The notes: a model not told the origin generated them from the letters alone. A DNA stretch of 64,000 bases from Octopus vulgaris (GCA_951406725.2 CATOCA020000002.1:1269150-1333149); one strand, 5' to 3'; numbered from the stretch's first letter, positions 13,981 through 26,639 are shown. Made by a program: numbers and translations.

Positions 13981-15039
13981 TGCGTATGTGCGCACGTTTG
14001 CAAGTGTGTGCATGTGGATGTTTCTTAACTAACCAACCGTAAAAAACAATTGTAATTTAAATTTAAAAGTATAAGCCAATCAAATTCCGGCATTCGTTTC
14101 ATAACTATTTTGGAAATTAATAATATATTAGTGTCACAATAGAAATTATTAATCCACATACATCTGTGGAAATTAACACCATGTAAACTGATTGACTTGA
14201 CTGCTTTTTGTATGTATGTGCAAATATTTAATGCCTTGCATAATACTGTGGTATTATGTTGGTCCCTAGTTTTGCTACTATATTGCTAATTATGTGATAT
14301 ATGTATTGTTTTATTAGTATTAATGTTATTGGAAATAAGAACAATGATATTGGTAGCATTAATGATATTGATAACAGTATTGATGTTAACATTAATGACT
14401 TTTTGTAAATTAATATAAGGTAATACTGACTCTATATATCTGCATTGAAGTATGAATATGTCTATGTTCTCTACGTTGTAATATCTTAATATTAAGTTGA
14501 AAAACATTGAATATGGAACATATATATATTTTATTGATTTATATTATTTGTATTATTATGTATATGTATATGTGTATGTATAAGAGTATGAGTATATGCA
14601 CTCATATATATATGTAAATGATTTATTATGGGTATGTACCCACACTTATATGAGTATATATGTAATTTGGTTTATACTTTAGAATCTCCAAAGAGGCCTT
14701 AAGATATCTTTGTAAATGTCTCATTTTTAACTTCATATTGACATACTATACATGGCTAATATAGGTAAAATGAAACATATTTATCTGCATGGCCGAAACA
14801 GCTGTAAGATATAGTGTATATTTATATTTATATCTATTTATATTTATTTATTTATACCCTCTTATAATGATTGTACTTATTGTATTGTATTACTCATTCA
14901 TGTACGCTGTTTTGTTATATATTTTTATGTTTAACCCTAATGTTCTTATGTAGTGGTTTAATAAAGTATATGATTGGGTATTATCTGGTAGTTGATAAAT
15001 GATTTAGATGTATTTCTCCATTTTCTTATTTTGTATTAT

Positions 15040-15042
<3 letters not shown>
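13981..15042 (+). mobile_element. Inverted copy of the PLE family-2 3' end (inverted pseudo-LTR)
   Basis: 13981-14815 is the near-identical reverse complement of 10419-11228 (the same 73-aa spurious ORF appears on opposite strands at 10704 and 14286); it continues to the (TA)n tract at ~15043. Confidence 0.85.
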
Positions 15043-15079
<37 letters not shown>

Positions 15080-15199
15080 GAAGGAATGGATTAAAGAAAT
15101 CCGAGTGAATACCTTAGCAAGTACTCCATGTGGGTTAGATATATCTTGTGACATGTACAAACTTTAAATCTGAATGGTACATTAATCACACAGTTTAAT

Positions 15200-16430
15200 A
15201 ATAAACAGGAAGAATGAAGAGTTGTATGACTATTTGCTGACATGTTTCACAAAGCTTGTATAACCATAACTTCATTAAACAATGGAACAGTTATCTTGCA
15301 AACTTTTCTCACAAGAGCTCAAAATTCACTCTGGTAGATTTCTTAAATACTGCTGTGAACATAGTTGTTTAGGTTGAGGAAGCAGACAATGTACATATCA
15401 TATTACAATCTCTTAGTTGTTATCTACATCTAGAGTTCATGGTCAGTGATGACAAATGTCAATGCATAGAAGTCAGTGAGAAGGAGCTGTAGAGAAGTTT
15501 AATTAGTATTTGATGTCTTTATTTTATGGTAGTCCATTGTAGGGATGTATTGTGATAAAAAAAAGTGTTAAGTAACTTTTTCAAAGAATATACAATCTGA
15601 TAATTTGCTGCACCATTTCTATTTGGAAAAATCAAATTTTGATTCGTTCTCATTCATTTAGTAAAACATTCTTGAAATTTCCAAACCAAGATCCAAGTTA
15701 ACTTGCATGGATGTAAGGAAAAGGAAATAAACTCTATACCTAAGTTATGTTATTAACAATTATTTTACCTTCTTAATTTACTCACTATTATAATGCAAAA
15801 GAGAATCTTTTCTTAACTAACTTGAGTATAAATAAATTAATTCTTCCTCTTCCTTCTGAACATTTAATATTGGTTACAAATTTTTACTAAAATAACTTTA
15901 GTTTTTTAAAATTCAATTCCCAAAGTATTGCACCAAATATAATTTAGTTTACTATTTCACACAATTTAATTTAGTTTTAACTGAATTTTCTAGATATAAA
16001 TGACATAGTGAATTGTCAGATTGTATCCTCATAAAAAGTTACTTAGCACTTAAATGTTTTATTGCACTAATCCATCCCTGCCATGGACTGACATTAAATA
16101 CTAATCAAACTTTTCTACAGCCTCCTCACAGACACCAACAATTGGTAACATTTTGACCTCACCGCCCTTGAACTTCGCATACAGATTAGAACTAATAAAA
16201 AGTTATATTATACATATCCTGTTCACTTCTTCAACCTAAGCAATTACATTCATAACAGTTTTTGAAAACTATAACACGGCAACTTTTGAGCTCTGATGAG
16301 AAAAGTTTGCAAGGTGACCTCCAATGATTAGTTGATCAAATATGTATACAAACCATTGTGTAAATGAAGGTACAGGTTTTGCAAGATCAGTGAAATATAT
16401 CAACAAATAAAGTCATATAACTCCTGTCTG
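15200..16430. repeat. Old diverged inverted-repeat pair (arms ~15200-15550 and ~16070-16430)
   Basis: TTGCAAACTTTTCTCACAAGAGCTCAAAA (15296) vs TTTTGAGCTCTGATGAGAAAAGTTTGCAA (16284); GTTTAGGTTGAGGAAG vs CTTCTTCAACCTAAGC; AGTCCATTGTAGGGATG vs CATCCCTGCCATGGACT. Confidence 0.7.
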
Positions 16431-17397
16431 CATGTATTTGTGACTGTATGTAACTGTTTACCAACATTTTCCTACAATATTTTATCACTATTATCTCTTT
16501 TTATGGTTGTTTGAAGGATGTTTCTACCTGCATTTCTGTGAAACTTTTCAACTTGTCTTCTATATCAGTTTGCTTCTTTGGCTTCACACCCTCTCACATT
16601 AAATTTTTTACTTGGCAATCCCTATCCCCATCAAAGCAATCTTCTAGCTTCAGTTTTAGCTCTGACAACACACAATCATAATACTACCCTCTGAACATGA
16701 ATAGCATTCAAATAGAACCATGAAAGTTACTGGACATGCTACGTTTTACTGTCACTGAGTATTTCTCCATGTAAACATATATCTTCTGCATAACAAAAGC
16801 TACATTAAAGACTGACCTACATCTTCAGAACTCCAACAACTACAACTCTCTACAAAATTCAGCTAAGACCTGCCATGGAGTATTGCTCCCACATCTGAGA
16901 TGGTGCTACTGCTACACATAAAGACATCCTGAATTATGCCTGCCAAAGTGAGTGGGTACCCGACTAATGACATGAAGTTACTTGCCAGCAAACTCTCCTT
17001 TCTGATTCACTGATGTGCTGAGTTCTCCTTGTGTCTTTTCTACTAATACTACAGTGTAGTATCCCAGAAAATTATTATTTTGGTTTCTGCCCATGTCTTT
17101 TTTTTTCTACAGCCATCAGCTGCTTAAGAGGAAATTAACTGTATTAAGTTCCCTGGTCTTTGGAGGGCATGGGAAGGCCAAAGGTACTTCCAGATGAAAC
17201 AAGAAGGTAAAGTTTGCTTTATTTCATGGGAATAAAAAGTGAAATAAAGTATACTGATTTAACATTTAAGAGTTTAACTTAAATTGGGCAGTTAAAAAAC
17301 AAAAATTAAAACGTAATGGGTGGGATAGATTTACAAATAATTGATTGAATTAACTAGAATGAACAAAAGCATTTCTAACAGTTAAATGAATACTTAC

Positions 17398-17510
17398 CTA
17401 TTTTTATCAATAATTATAACAGGTCCTTCAAGCTGATGTCCAGACTTGAGTGTATCTAGTAGGTAGACATTGGTTTGACGATAGCCACCTTCAAAATAAC
17501 ATGGAACGCA
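17398..17510 (-). CDS. OPLAH: 5-oxoprolinase (ATP-hydrolysing) internal exon, third of three visible
   Basis: CAG|TGC...AATAG|GTAAGT; translates [37 protein letters not shown](S), resembling the OPLAH CYFEGGY..T.VYLL..L..GH.L.GP.IIID.NS segment; starts in phase 0, matching the previous exon. Confidence 0.92.
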
Positions 17511-18689
17511 CTGTCCAAGAAAGAAAGAAAGCATCAGTGATTGTCTTGCATTCATTTTCATTTCTGCCCTGCAGTATTTAGTTATGTTCCTTTATGTTTT
17601 CAGCAGAGTTTATTTTGCCTTTCATCCTTCTGGACTTTATATAATTGACTATACATCTCTTACAAAATTTGTAGCCTTGTGTTGGAATAAGAAATTAGAA
17701 TGAAAGGCAATCTGAACCCTATTATTGACAATATATCCATTAGGATTTGACTCATTAAACTGGAAATAGAGTAAACTAATGCATTTAAAAAAAATACTTT
17801 ACTGCAAGATTTCAACATTGAACATCAAGTATGCTACTTCAAATACTCTGTCAAGTGAATTTACAATTCAGTACATAGTTTAGTTCTTAACTATCATCTC
17901 CTCCCACTAATTCTTGGAAATGAATCAGGCAGAAATTCAAAACTGGAAGCCACCAGGAATTTTTGTATGCTGAAAACCCAGTTCTATTTGCAGAATCACT
18001 TTAGGGAATTCTTTAATTAAACAATCATACTCATATTCTCAATTTACTGAAAATATGCAAAGATCATGGATACAACTTCTTCCTCCTCTCTAAACCATTA
18101 AAACTAAAATAAATTATGTGTTTACAATGTCTTATGGACTGTCACATGCCTCATAATGGACTGTCATATGCCTCATTTGTATGGTTTCCTTTCAAAAGGA
18201 TTGTGAGTTGTGGTATGAGGGCTATCAACTACAATGTGTGTGGTTCAGGAGTAAATCAATTGAAGAGTTGATAATGGCCATCAGATTCAATATAGAAGAT
18301 GTAATCCATTTTAGTAAACATTTATTCAAGTATGAGAATTGCAGATAAATGAATTGAAAAGAGGTATGGGGCCCTTCAGCTGACAGATTGATGATTCATA
18401 TAATTTCACTGGCTCATGGCAAAGACATTTAACTCTCAATGACTCAGTTTAAATGGATAAATACTATGGGATGTGCATTCACCACTGCAAGGGGGCAAAG
18501 AACCATACAACTGCCAACTACTGTGTCTCTTGAGTACAAATTGACTTGGGCACTCTGTTGGTTACAATGTGTGTTCCAGTTGATTCAATCAATGGAACAG
18601 CTTGCTCATGAAATTAATGTGAAAGTGGCTAAGCATTCCACAGATACACTCGTAACATAGTTTTTAGGAAGATTCAGCATGACACACCA

Positions 18690-18866
18690 AATGTGACATG
18701 GTTGGCTCACTGAACAACAGATACAATTCACTTTTGCCAGCCAAGTGGACTGGAGAAATGTTAAATAAAGTGTCTTGCTCAAGGACACAACACACCTCCA
18801 GGAATTGAACTCATGGCCTTATGATCACGAGCTGAATACACAAACCAGTAAGTCACATGCCTTCAC
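18690..18866 (-). mobile_element. Degenerate tRNA/CORE-type SINE
   Basis: Minus strand reads ..GAGTTCAATTCC (B box)..GTGTCCTTGAGCAAGACACTTT (CORE-like). Confidence 0.55.
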
Positions 18867-18989
18867 TAACAACATCTTGTATCCGTTAATCAAATGAGTT
18901 ATCTTAAGGTTTCATTTATTTCCTTCTTTAGTTTAAGTGTAATTAGCAGGACATTCATACACAAATATTAGAGACTTAACAAGACACCA

Positions 18990-19375
18990 ATAATGAATGA
19001 ATGGACCAATGAGGGTAAAAATTAATAAACAAATACATGAATAAGGATGAAGGCAAACATGATCAGACTGTGGTAAAAAACAAATTTATGGTGAAGAAGA
19101 TGAATAATGAAAATGAAAAGGAATGAAGATGATAAATAATTGAAGAAAACAAATAAATGAAGATGGATCAACAAATAAGGAAGAAGAATGAACAAAGGAG
19201 AAAAATGGAGACAACTGAATGATAAGGACAAATGAACAATGATGATGAATGACTGAAAAATATGAATGATTGATGAAGAATATGAATGCATGATGAAGCA
19301 TATGAAAGAATGATGAAGACAAGCAATGAAGGCAAATGAGTAAATAATGATGACAAATGAATGATGATGATACAA
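18990..19375. repeat. Low-complexity ATGA/GAA-rich tract
   Basis: Degenerate (ATGA)/(GAA) repeats; the ORFs over it are compositionally biased. Confidence 0.7.
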
Positions 19376-19389
19376 AAGAAACTGCTTAC

Positions 19390-19528
19390 TTTCATAGGCT
19401 TTGGTTTGTCACTCCCATTGCTGAGTTGTGGACAGTACTCGGTCATACTACATCCTGTTCCTCTAACTCTGATGTCATCAATAATGATGGGACGGTTATC
19501 AAGTACAAAGCCAAACTCTCTTTTGTAA
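19390..19528 (-). CDS. OPLAH: 5-oxoprolinase internal exon, second of three visible
   Basis: CAG|T TAC AAA...ATG AAA|GTAAGC; YKREFGFVLDNRPIIIDDIRVRGTGCSMTEYCPQLSNGSDKPKPMK contains the OPLAH motif Y.REFGF....RP..VDD.RVRG.G; completes the split CG|T Arg codon from the 35470 exon. Confidence 0.95.
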
Positions 19529-20130
19529 CTGCCAAATGAGAATAGAACAGTAGAAATCAAATTTGGTTTAGTGTTCTAGTTTTGTGAGTTTGCTAAATCA
19601 TTTACATTACAACAATTCACTTTAAAAAAATGGGACTTACTATTATAATCATTAAAACCTGTAGCCTAAAAAAAGTGCACAACAAGAAAGGAAAACTTTT
19701 CCTCCACTTTTCCTGATCATCATGCTTTCCATCAATTTCCTCCTTGTCCACAATAGGATGTCATAGTGTTATGTGATAAAACCACTTCATTTTCAGCTTT
19801 TTAACAACTGTCAAAAAAGTTTTATGGTTCAGTGTTTTCAGTAATTTCTTTCTGAACACTCCATTTAAAATGCCTGTTTTGGCAACACAATATTAATATT
19901 CCAATTACTTGGCCACAATTATAGATGTTACTGAAAGATATGACATCCTTCAGTAAAGATGAATTGATACATCCTATATGTCTGTTAAGCTATCAGTAGT
20001 GCAAGCAGGTCAGCATCAAACTCACAAGCAAGCTCTTTATGTGTTCTACTTAAATAGCATGTGCAAAGGAACTGATCAAAAGCAAATTTTTATATATATA
20101 TATAAAATATATTTTTCATTTTTTACAATT

Positions 20131-20448
20131 TTTAGTCATTGTACTGTAATCATGCTGGGGCATAACTTTGAAGGGTTTGGGCCAAACAAATTGATTCCTC
20201 TACAAGTTCTCTTTTTACTGTACCACTAAGAGGACATAAACAAACCAATATTAGTTGTCAAACAATGACAGGAGACAAACACAAATTTATACAATGCACA
20301 ATTTTGCCTATCAAATTCACCCACAAGGCATTTGTTAGCCTGGGGCTATATTAGAAGACACAAGCCCAAGGTACTGCACAATGGGATTGAACTCAAAACC
20401 ACATGGTGGCAAAGTGATCTTACTAATCAAACAGTCATGCCAACACCT
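20131..20448 (-). mobile_element. Degenerate copy of the SINE family at 30913 and 43757
   Basis: Reverse complement shows the head (..GAGTTCAATCCCA..GTACCTTGGGCTTGTGTCTTCT) and the tail (GCCCCAGCATGATTACAGT..ATGACTAAAA). Confidence 0.65.
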
Positions 20449-20689
20449 ATACAGATATATACATATCATTATGTTGTGAGGATAATAGTAATAAAGGTTC
20501 ACCTCTCCCATGTAATGAGTGGTATGTGCTAGTCGCTATAAATAAGGTGATGGTGGTCAATATAGGCAGAGAGTATGAAGTTGATGGTCATAGATAGTCA
20601 TGGTCTTACTTGTCTCACTTACTATACTGCTATAACAGAGTGGCATTATAACAATCTGACATTAAGAAATACAACTGTGGTAATGTGGA

Positions 20690-22035
20690 ATTGACAAACA
20701 CAAAAAAGTTTTTTTTCTGTGTGAATTTTAAGGAAAAAAAAATTGTAAAATTATAGAAAATTTGTTGTCCTGTTTGCTTGAGTTGCAAAAACAGCAACTG
20801 AAAGAACAACAGCATCAGCTACAACTGCAAGAACAACAGCAGAAGCAACAACAACAACAATTACTATTACAGCAACAATCGCTGCAATTAATGAATAGTA
20901 AGTCGTCAGGAAAAGCTGAAAAAATGTTCTTGCCAGATCATGTTGAAAACTTGATAACAGTGTTTGAGTATGAACGAGATGAAGAAGTTACCTTTGAGGC
21001 TTACTATAGAAGATACAAACAAATCTTCAATAAAAAGTGCAAAGATTGGGATAACAATAGGAAAACGCATTTAATTTTAAGAAAACTGGCAGCAGGAGAA
21101 CATGAGCATTACAGCAATTACGTACACCCAAAAAAATTTTCTGACATAAAATTTAAAGACACAATAGACATATTGTGTAAAGTTTTTAGTGAGAAATGCT
21201 TGTTGTTCAATACACGTTGCAAATGTTTGAACTTAGAAAAGAACAACGAGGAGGACTACATCACATATGCTGGTTGAGTTAACAGGGAATGTGAAAAGTT
21301 CAAACTGGATGAATTTGTGCCAGATATGTTCAAGTGCCTGATATTCACTCAGGGACTAACTGCAGAGAAAGATGCAGAAGTAAGAACAATAATTCTCACT
21401 AAGCTGGAACAGAACCAAGCTGTAACCTTGCAGCAAGTGTCAGAAGAGTGTGAACGAATAGCAAATTTAAGACATGACACAGAAACAATTGAACATAAAG
21501 ATTGCTTCCAAGTGAAAGAAGTGTGAAATAGGCAGAACAGAAATCAAGTGTGTACTAAAATACAGTACAAACAGGACAAGAATCAGGAAACAAACCCATG
21601 TTTTGGATGTGGAGGTCTACACCTGAGAAAAAACTGCCCATTTAAGACAGTGGAATGTTTTCTTGTGGAAAAATTGGACACATAAAAACACATTGTAAAA
21701 ACCAAGATGAAAAAACATTGGAACAAAAGAAAAACAAACAGTATGTCATCGAATGAAAATAGTAATGTAACAAAGAGAAAATTCGTAATTGTAAAAATTA
21801 AAAATATAAGAGTAAGAATGCAGTTAGACACTGGAAGTGAAATTACCATTGTGAATGAAAAAACTTGGAAGTATATCGGTAAGCTGAAATTAAGTAAATC
21901 TACAAAAGTAGTACATGGTGTTACGGGTAAAAGATTGTATTTTGTCGGTGAATGTGTGTGTAATGTAACAGTTCATGACCAAATGAAAACGGCAAAAATG
22001 TGCTAAAAAATTCAGCTAATTTATTTGGTACAGAT
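20690..22035 (+). mobile_element. Degenerate Gypsy-type LTR retrotransposon fragment (gag, zinc knuckle, aspartic protease)
   Basis: TFEAYYRRY..RKL..EHE.Y..KF.D....LF..R.KCL..YAG.VNRECE.F..FKCLIF.QGL; CFGCGG.H...CPFK...C; protease MQLDTGSEITIV; stops and frameshifts; no RT or integrase seen. Confidence 0.8.
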
Positions 22036-22539
22036 AAAAAGTTATGATAAAAAATGTAGGGGCAAAAATGGGAGAGTAATGCCTAATATTTACTTTAACT
22101 TATAATTTATTTAAAATGCCTAATATTTACTTTGACTTGTTATTTAGAAGAAAAAACTATACTTTAATTATTACTATTTAAAAGAATTCAATGAGTAGAA
22201 TCTTTTGGTGAAGATTTATATTAGATATAAAAAATGTTATGCATCTTTACGTAGCCCGGAAATTGGTAACACCTAAAATTGACTTTGACTCAAAATATCT
22301 CAGGTATTTGAAAAGCAAACTATACTTTGATTATAACCTTTTCAAAGAACTTGATGAGTAGACTCTTTTGGTGACAACCTCAAGAGCAAAAGAAAAAAAG
22401 TTATGCAGTCTTAAGTGATGTAAAAAAGTAATAATTTGTTATCTTGTTTTGTTTGTTTACACCTACGTTCAGAGTGACTGCTGCAATAACTGTCTACTAC
22501 AGCTACAAAATGCTAGGGACTTGAATGGGTTAAAGGACC

Positions 22540-23370
22540 CCACATAAATGGACATTCCCCAGACTGTTTTTCTTACAAAGATGGGCCCTTGCACCTGAAA
22601 TACAAAGATTTTATTGAACTTACTGCATTATTAGAAGCTATCTATTTTCTCTCTTTTTACATTCTCCAATATCACAATGTTCAAGCAAACTACATTATGT
22701 TTGGTATCAAGTAGCTTCCTTGACTGTGGAACTATTGGAGTCTTGATATAAGGTATGGTGATCCATATATCTCCAGTATTATGTCTAACTATAGTTAATT
22801 CACATATTGTTTATGTAAAAGGCTACAAGGTTCTTTCACCACCAAAGACTATGACTATTTGAAATTTTGGGTTGACATCACACCTCAGTTATGTGAAGGC
22901 TTTTCTTCCAGAAAGCGTAAAACTGAGAGAAAAGCAAAATTAACTGAAGTTGGATGTCAACAGAGAAAATCTTGACTTCCATAAAGTGGAAAAGATAGAT
23001 ACAAGGAAAAAAGTTTGCAGACATGTTTGTTCCAAAAAAAAAAAAAAAAAAACTGTGAAAGGATATCAGATTGAGACTTCATATATGTATTCATTTTGCA
23101 AAGTGCCCTTTTGTAAAGGGTGCTTTTCCTGATAGAAATATGGCATAACTATATTTTGTTGTTTGATAGTAATACTGCCATATATTCCTTTCATTTTATT
23201 ACAAATAATATGTAAAAATGAAAAATAGATATTAATTTTCAGTATGCTACACACCTGTATTCCCTTTTGTCTCACCTGTTAATGAGCTTTTTTTTTATTA
23301 GATGCATTATGTTATGTAAATGTATTTATTAAAGAGCACATAACCTAGTATATTGACCAGTAAAAGAGTT
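22540..23370 (+). mobile_element. Probable piggyBac transposase 3' relic
   Basis: 22950-23132 encodes CRHVC..K...ETSY..FCKVPFCKGCF, resembling the piggyBac C-terminal cysteine-rich domain; boundaries uncertain. Confidence 0.45.
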
Positions 23371-23477
23371 TTGATGGCTCACTTGCACTTGATGGCTCAC
23401 TTGCGCTTGATGGCTCACTTGCGCTTGATGGCTCACTTGCACTTGATGGCTCACTTGCGCTGATGGCTCACTTGTGC
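23371..23477 (+). repeat. Six tandem 18-bp units (TTGATGGCTCACTTGCRC) at the RTE 5' junction
   Basis: Units start at 23371, 23389, 23407, 23425, 23443 and 23461; the last runs into the RTE reading frame (DGSL.LDEDAK). Confidence 0.95.
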
Positions 23478-25790
23478 TGGATGAGGATGCAAAGAGAGAG
23501 GTTTGGAGACACCATTATGAGAGGCTGCTAAATAAGGAAGATGAATGGGATAAAGAGAGTCTGCTGAATGTCAACCCAACAGAGGGACCAGCTATCCGAG
23601 TAGACAGTTCCTTAGTAGTTAAGGCAATTAGAAGCATGAAGACAGGGAAAGCTCCAGGCCCATCAGGAATTACTGCAGAGATGCTTAAAATATCTGGTAG
23701 TGTCGGCTATAGCCTAGTCACCCATATAGTTAACCAGGTGATACACGAAGGAGTCATACCCAATGACTGGTGTAGCAGCATAATAGTCAACTGCTACAAA
23801 GGTAAAGGTGATGCTTTAGATACAAATAATTACAGAGGTATCAAGCTGTTGGATCAGGTAATGAAGGTTACGGAGAGGGTCATAGCCCAACTGATTAGGA
23901 AGAGAGTCAGCTTGGATGAGATGCAGTTTGGTTTCATGCCAGGGAAAAGCACCACTGATGCCATATTTCTGGTGAGACAGCTGCAGGAGAAATACCTAGC
24001 CAAAGATAAGCCCCTGTACCTGGCTTTTGTTGACATGGAGAAAGCTTTGACAGGGTCCCCCAATCCCTTATCTGGTGGTCAATGAGGAAACTAGGAATAG
24101 ATGAATGGTTAGTGAGAGCCGTGCAAGCCATGTACAGGGACACTGCTAGTAAGGTGAGGGTTGGCAACGAGTACACTAAAGTATTCAGGGTAGAGGTAGG
24201 GGTCCACCAAGGTTCAGTCCTCAGCCCCCTCCTATTTATCATAGTCCTCCAGGCAATAACGGAGGAATTCAAGACAGGATGCCCCTGGGAGCTCCTATAT
24301 GCTGATGACCTTGTTCTAATTGCTGAGTCACTATCAGAACTAGAGGCAAAGTTTCAAGCGTGGAGACAAGGATTAGAATTGAACGGCCTTAAAATCAACC
24401 TAGCTAAAACCACAGTCCTAATGTGTAGGAAGCCAGGCAAATCACAAACACCTTCAGGTAGATGGCCCTGCTCGATCTGTAGAAAAGGCGTAGGTAGAAA
24501 CTCTATAAAATGCACCAAGTGTAAGCTATGGACACATAAGAAGCGCAACAATGCCAAAGGAAAGCTAACTGGGAAAATAGTTTTTGTATGTGGCAGATGC
24601 TCAGGAGCAATAAACACTGAAAATGCTCAGAGACCATCTTCCGCCACATTCCAGGGAGAAAAACTAGAAATTGTTGATAGCTTCCGTTACCTAGGTGACC
24701 AAGTCAGTAGCGGGGGTAGGTGTGCTGAAAGTGTAACTGCTAGAGTAAGAATAGCCTGGGCAAAGTTCAGAGAGCTCTTACCTCTGCTGGCGACAAAAGG
24801 CCTCTCGCTCAGAGTAAAAGGTAGACTGTATGACGCATGTGTACAAACAGCCATGCTACATGGCAGTGAAACTTGGGCCGTGACTGCTGAGTATATGCGT
24901 AAGCTCGCAAGAAATGAAGCCAGTATGCTCCGATGGATGTGTAATGTCAGTGTTCATACTCGACAGAGTGTAAGTACCTTGAGAGAAAAGTTGGACCTAA
25001 GAAGCATCAGTTGTGGTGTGCAAGAGAGATGTTTGCGCTGGTATGGTCATGTAGCGAGAATGGATGAAGATAGTTGTGCGAAAAAGTGCCACACCCTAGC
25101 GGTTGAGGGAACCTGTGGAAGAGGTAGACCCAGGAAAAACTGGGATGAGGTGGTGAAGCACGACCATCAAACTTTAGGTCTCACCGAGGAAATGACCAGA
25201 GACCGAGACCTTTGGAAGTATGCTGTGCGTGGGAAGACCTGGCAGGACAAGTGAGACCATAACCCGTGGCCTCTACCTGGGACATAGCCAGCCCACTTAT
25301 GCATACCTTTCCTTCTTGTGACACAAACCCTACTTGTGAAGACCTGTTGAGGCAAGTGAAAATCAAAAATCAAAATCAAAATCGATCAACATCAATGGAA
25401 ATTGTAGCTGTGATACCAGTGCCGGTGGCATGTAAGAGAACCATCCAAACATGGCCGTTGCCAGCACCGCCCCGACTGGCTTCCGTGCCGGTGGCACGTA
25501 AAAAGCACCATCCGATTGTGGCCGTTGCCATCCTCGTCTGGCCCACGTGCCAGTGGCACGTAAAAAGCACCATCCGATCGTGGCCATTTGCCAGCCTCGT
25601 CTGGCACCTGTGCAAGTGGCACGTAAAAAGCACCCACTACACTCACGGAGTGGTTGGTGTTAGGAAGGGCATCCAGCTGTAGAAACACTGCCAGATCAGA
25701 CTGGGCCTGGCGCAGCCTTCTGGCTTCCCAGACCCCAGTTGAACCGTCCAACCCAGTCTAGCATAGAAAACGGACGTTAAACGATGATGA
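23463..25790 (+). mobile_element. 5'-truncated RTE-clade LINE: RT domain, internally repeated 3' UTR, (GAT)n tail
   Basis: KAPGPSG, NYRGIKLL, QFGFMPGKSTTDAIF, FVDMEKA(FDRVP after a frameshift at ~24047), GVHQGSVLSP, LYADD, RGRP..W; stop at 25254. Confidence 0.95.
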
Positions 25791-26639
25791 TTTTCAATGA
25801 AAATGTTTGAATGAAATATAGAGAAAGAATAAAATCTTGTACCGCTTATACCTTTATTTTAATTAATTCAAATTAATGTACCTCATCTTGAAAAGTGGTG
25901 AAATTGTTGGCAGTTGACATCTGGGATAATTTTAGTAACAAATCAGATAAAATGCAATAAGAATTTTAATTTTAGTGTTTATCCATAATGCCATTGCTTT
26001 TAAACTTGTTAATTCAATTTACCTATCCATAAAAGTCCAATTTAATCAGAAACATCAGCTAAAATTATATAACTATAAACCACTGGTATATAAGCACCCA
26101 CTGACAAAATTTCAAATCAATATATAAAAAATTAACTAAGTTACAAGTAAATGTTGCAGACATCCCTCTTGAACCTGAATAATTCAAAATTATGTGAACA
26201 AATAAGCATTACATTTGACAGATTAATCTGAACACTAAAGGGTTAAATATTGTTAGAAATGAAAAATTCTGTTCAGATAATTTCTCAAACACAAATTTGA
26301 ACACTGCTCTCTGGTTTTGCAAGCGAAGACAAGAAAAATAATTGTCTGCGATCATGTGATTATTTAAAGCATAGGCAGTATGATTTTGTTGCACTTTTTA
26401 CTGTGTGGGCGAACTATGGATACTACTATTGAACATGTGGCGAGTTTAGTCTTGTGCTGGGAGCTGAGTGACAGCAGCCGGTGTACGACGATGTGTGAGG
26501 TGGTTGGTTCGGAGTCTGCTGGAAGTCGATGTGAGTGGTTTATGTAGATAGTTGGTTTGAGGTCAATGTGAAGCGGTTGAGGTTGAGCAGTTTGTGTTGA
26601 ACAGTTGTCACACTAACTGGTGTCAGAAGAGGGACATGT

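Noticed and set aside
10704-14507. Identical 73-aa ORF on both strands as a duplicated gene
   Set aside because: A by-product of the inverted pLTR; AT-rich with no motif.
19168-19560. 130-aa ORF as a stand-alone gene
   Set aside because: Only 19390-19528 is coding (OPLAH exon); the rest is intron read-through.
20762-20900. Poly-Q stretch as a host transcription-factor exon
   Set aside because: In frame with the Gypsy gag sequence; part of the retrotransposon relic.
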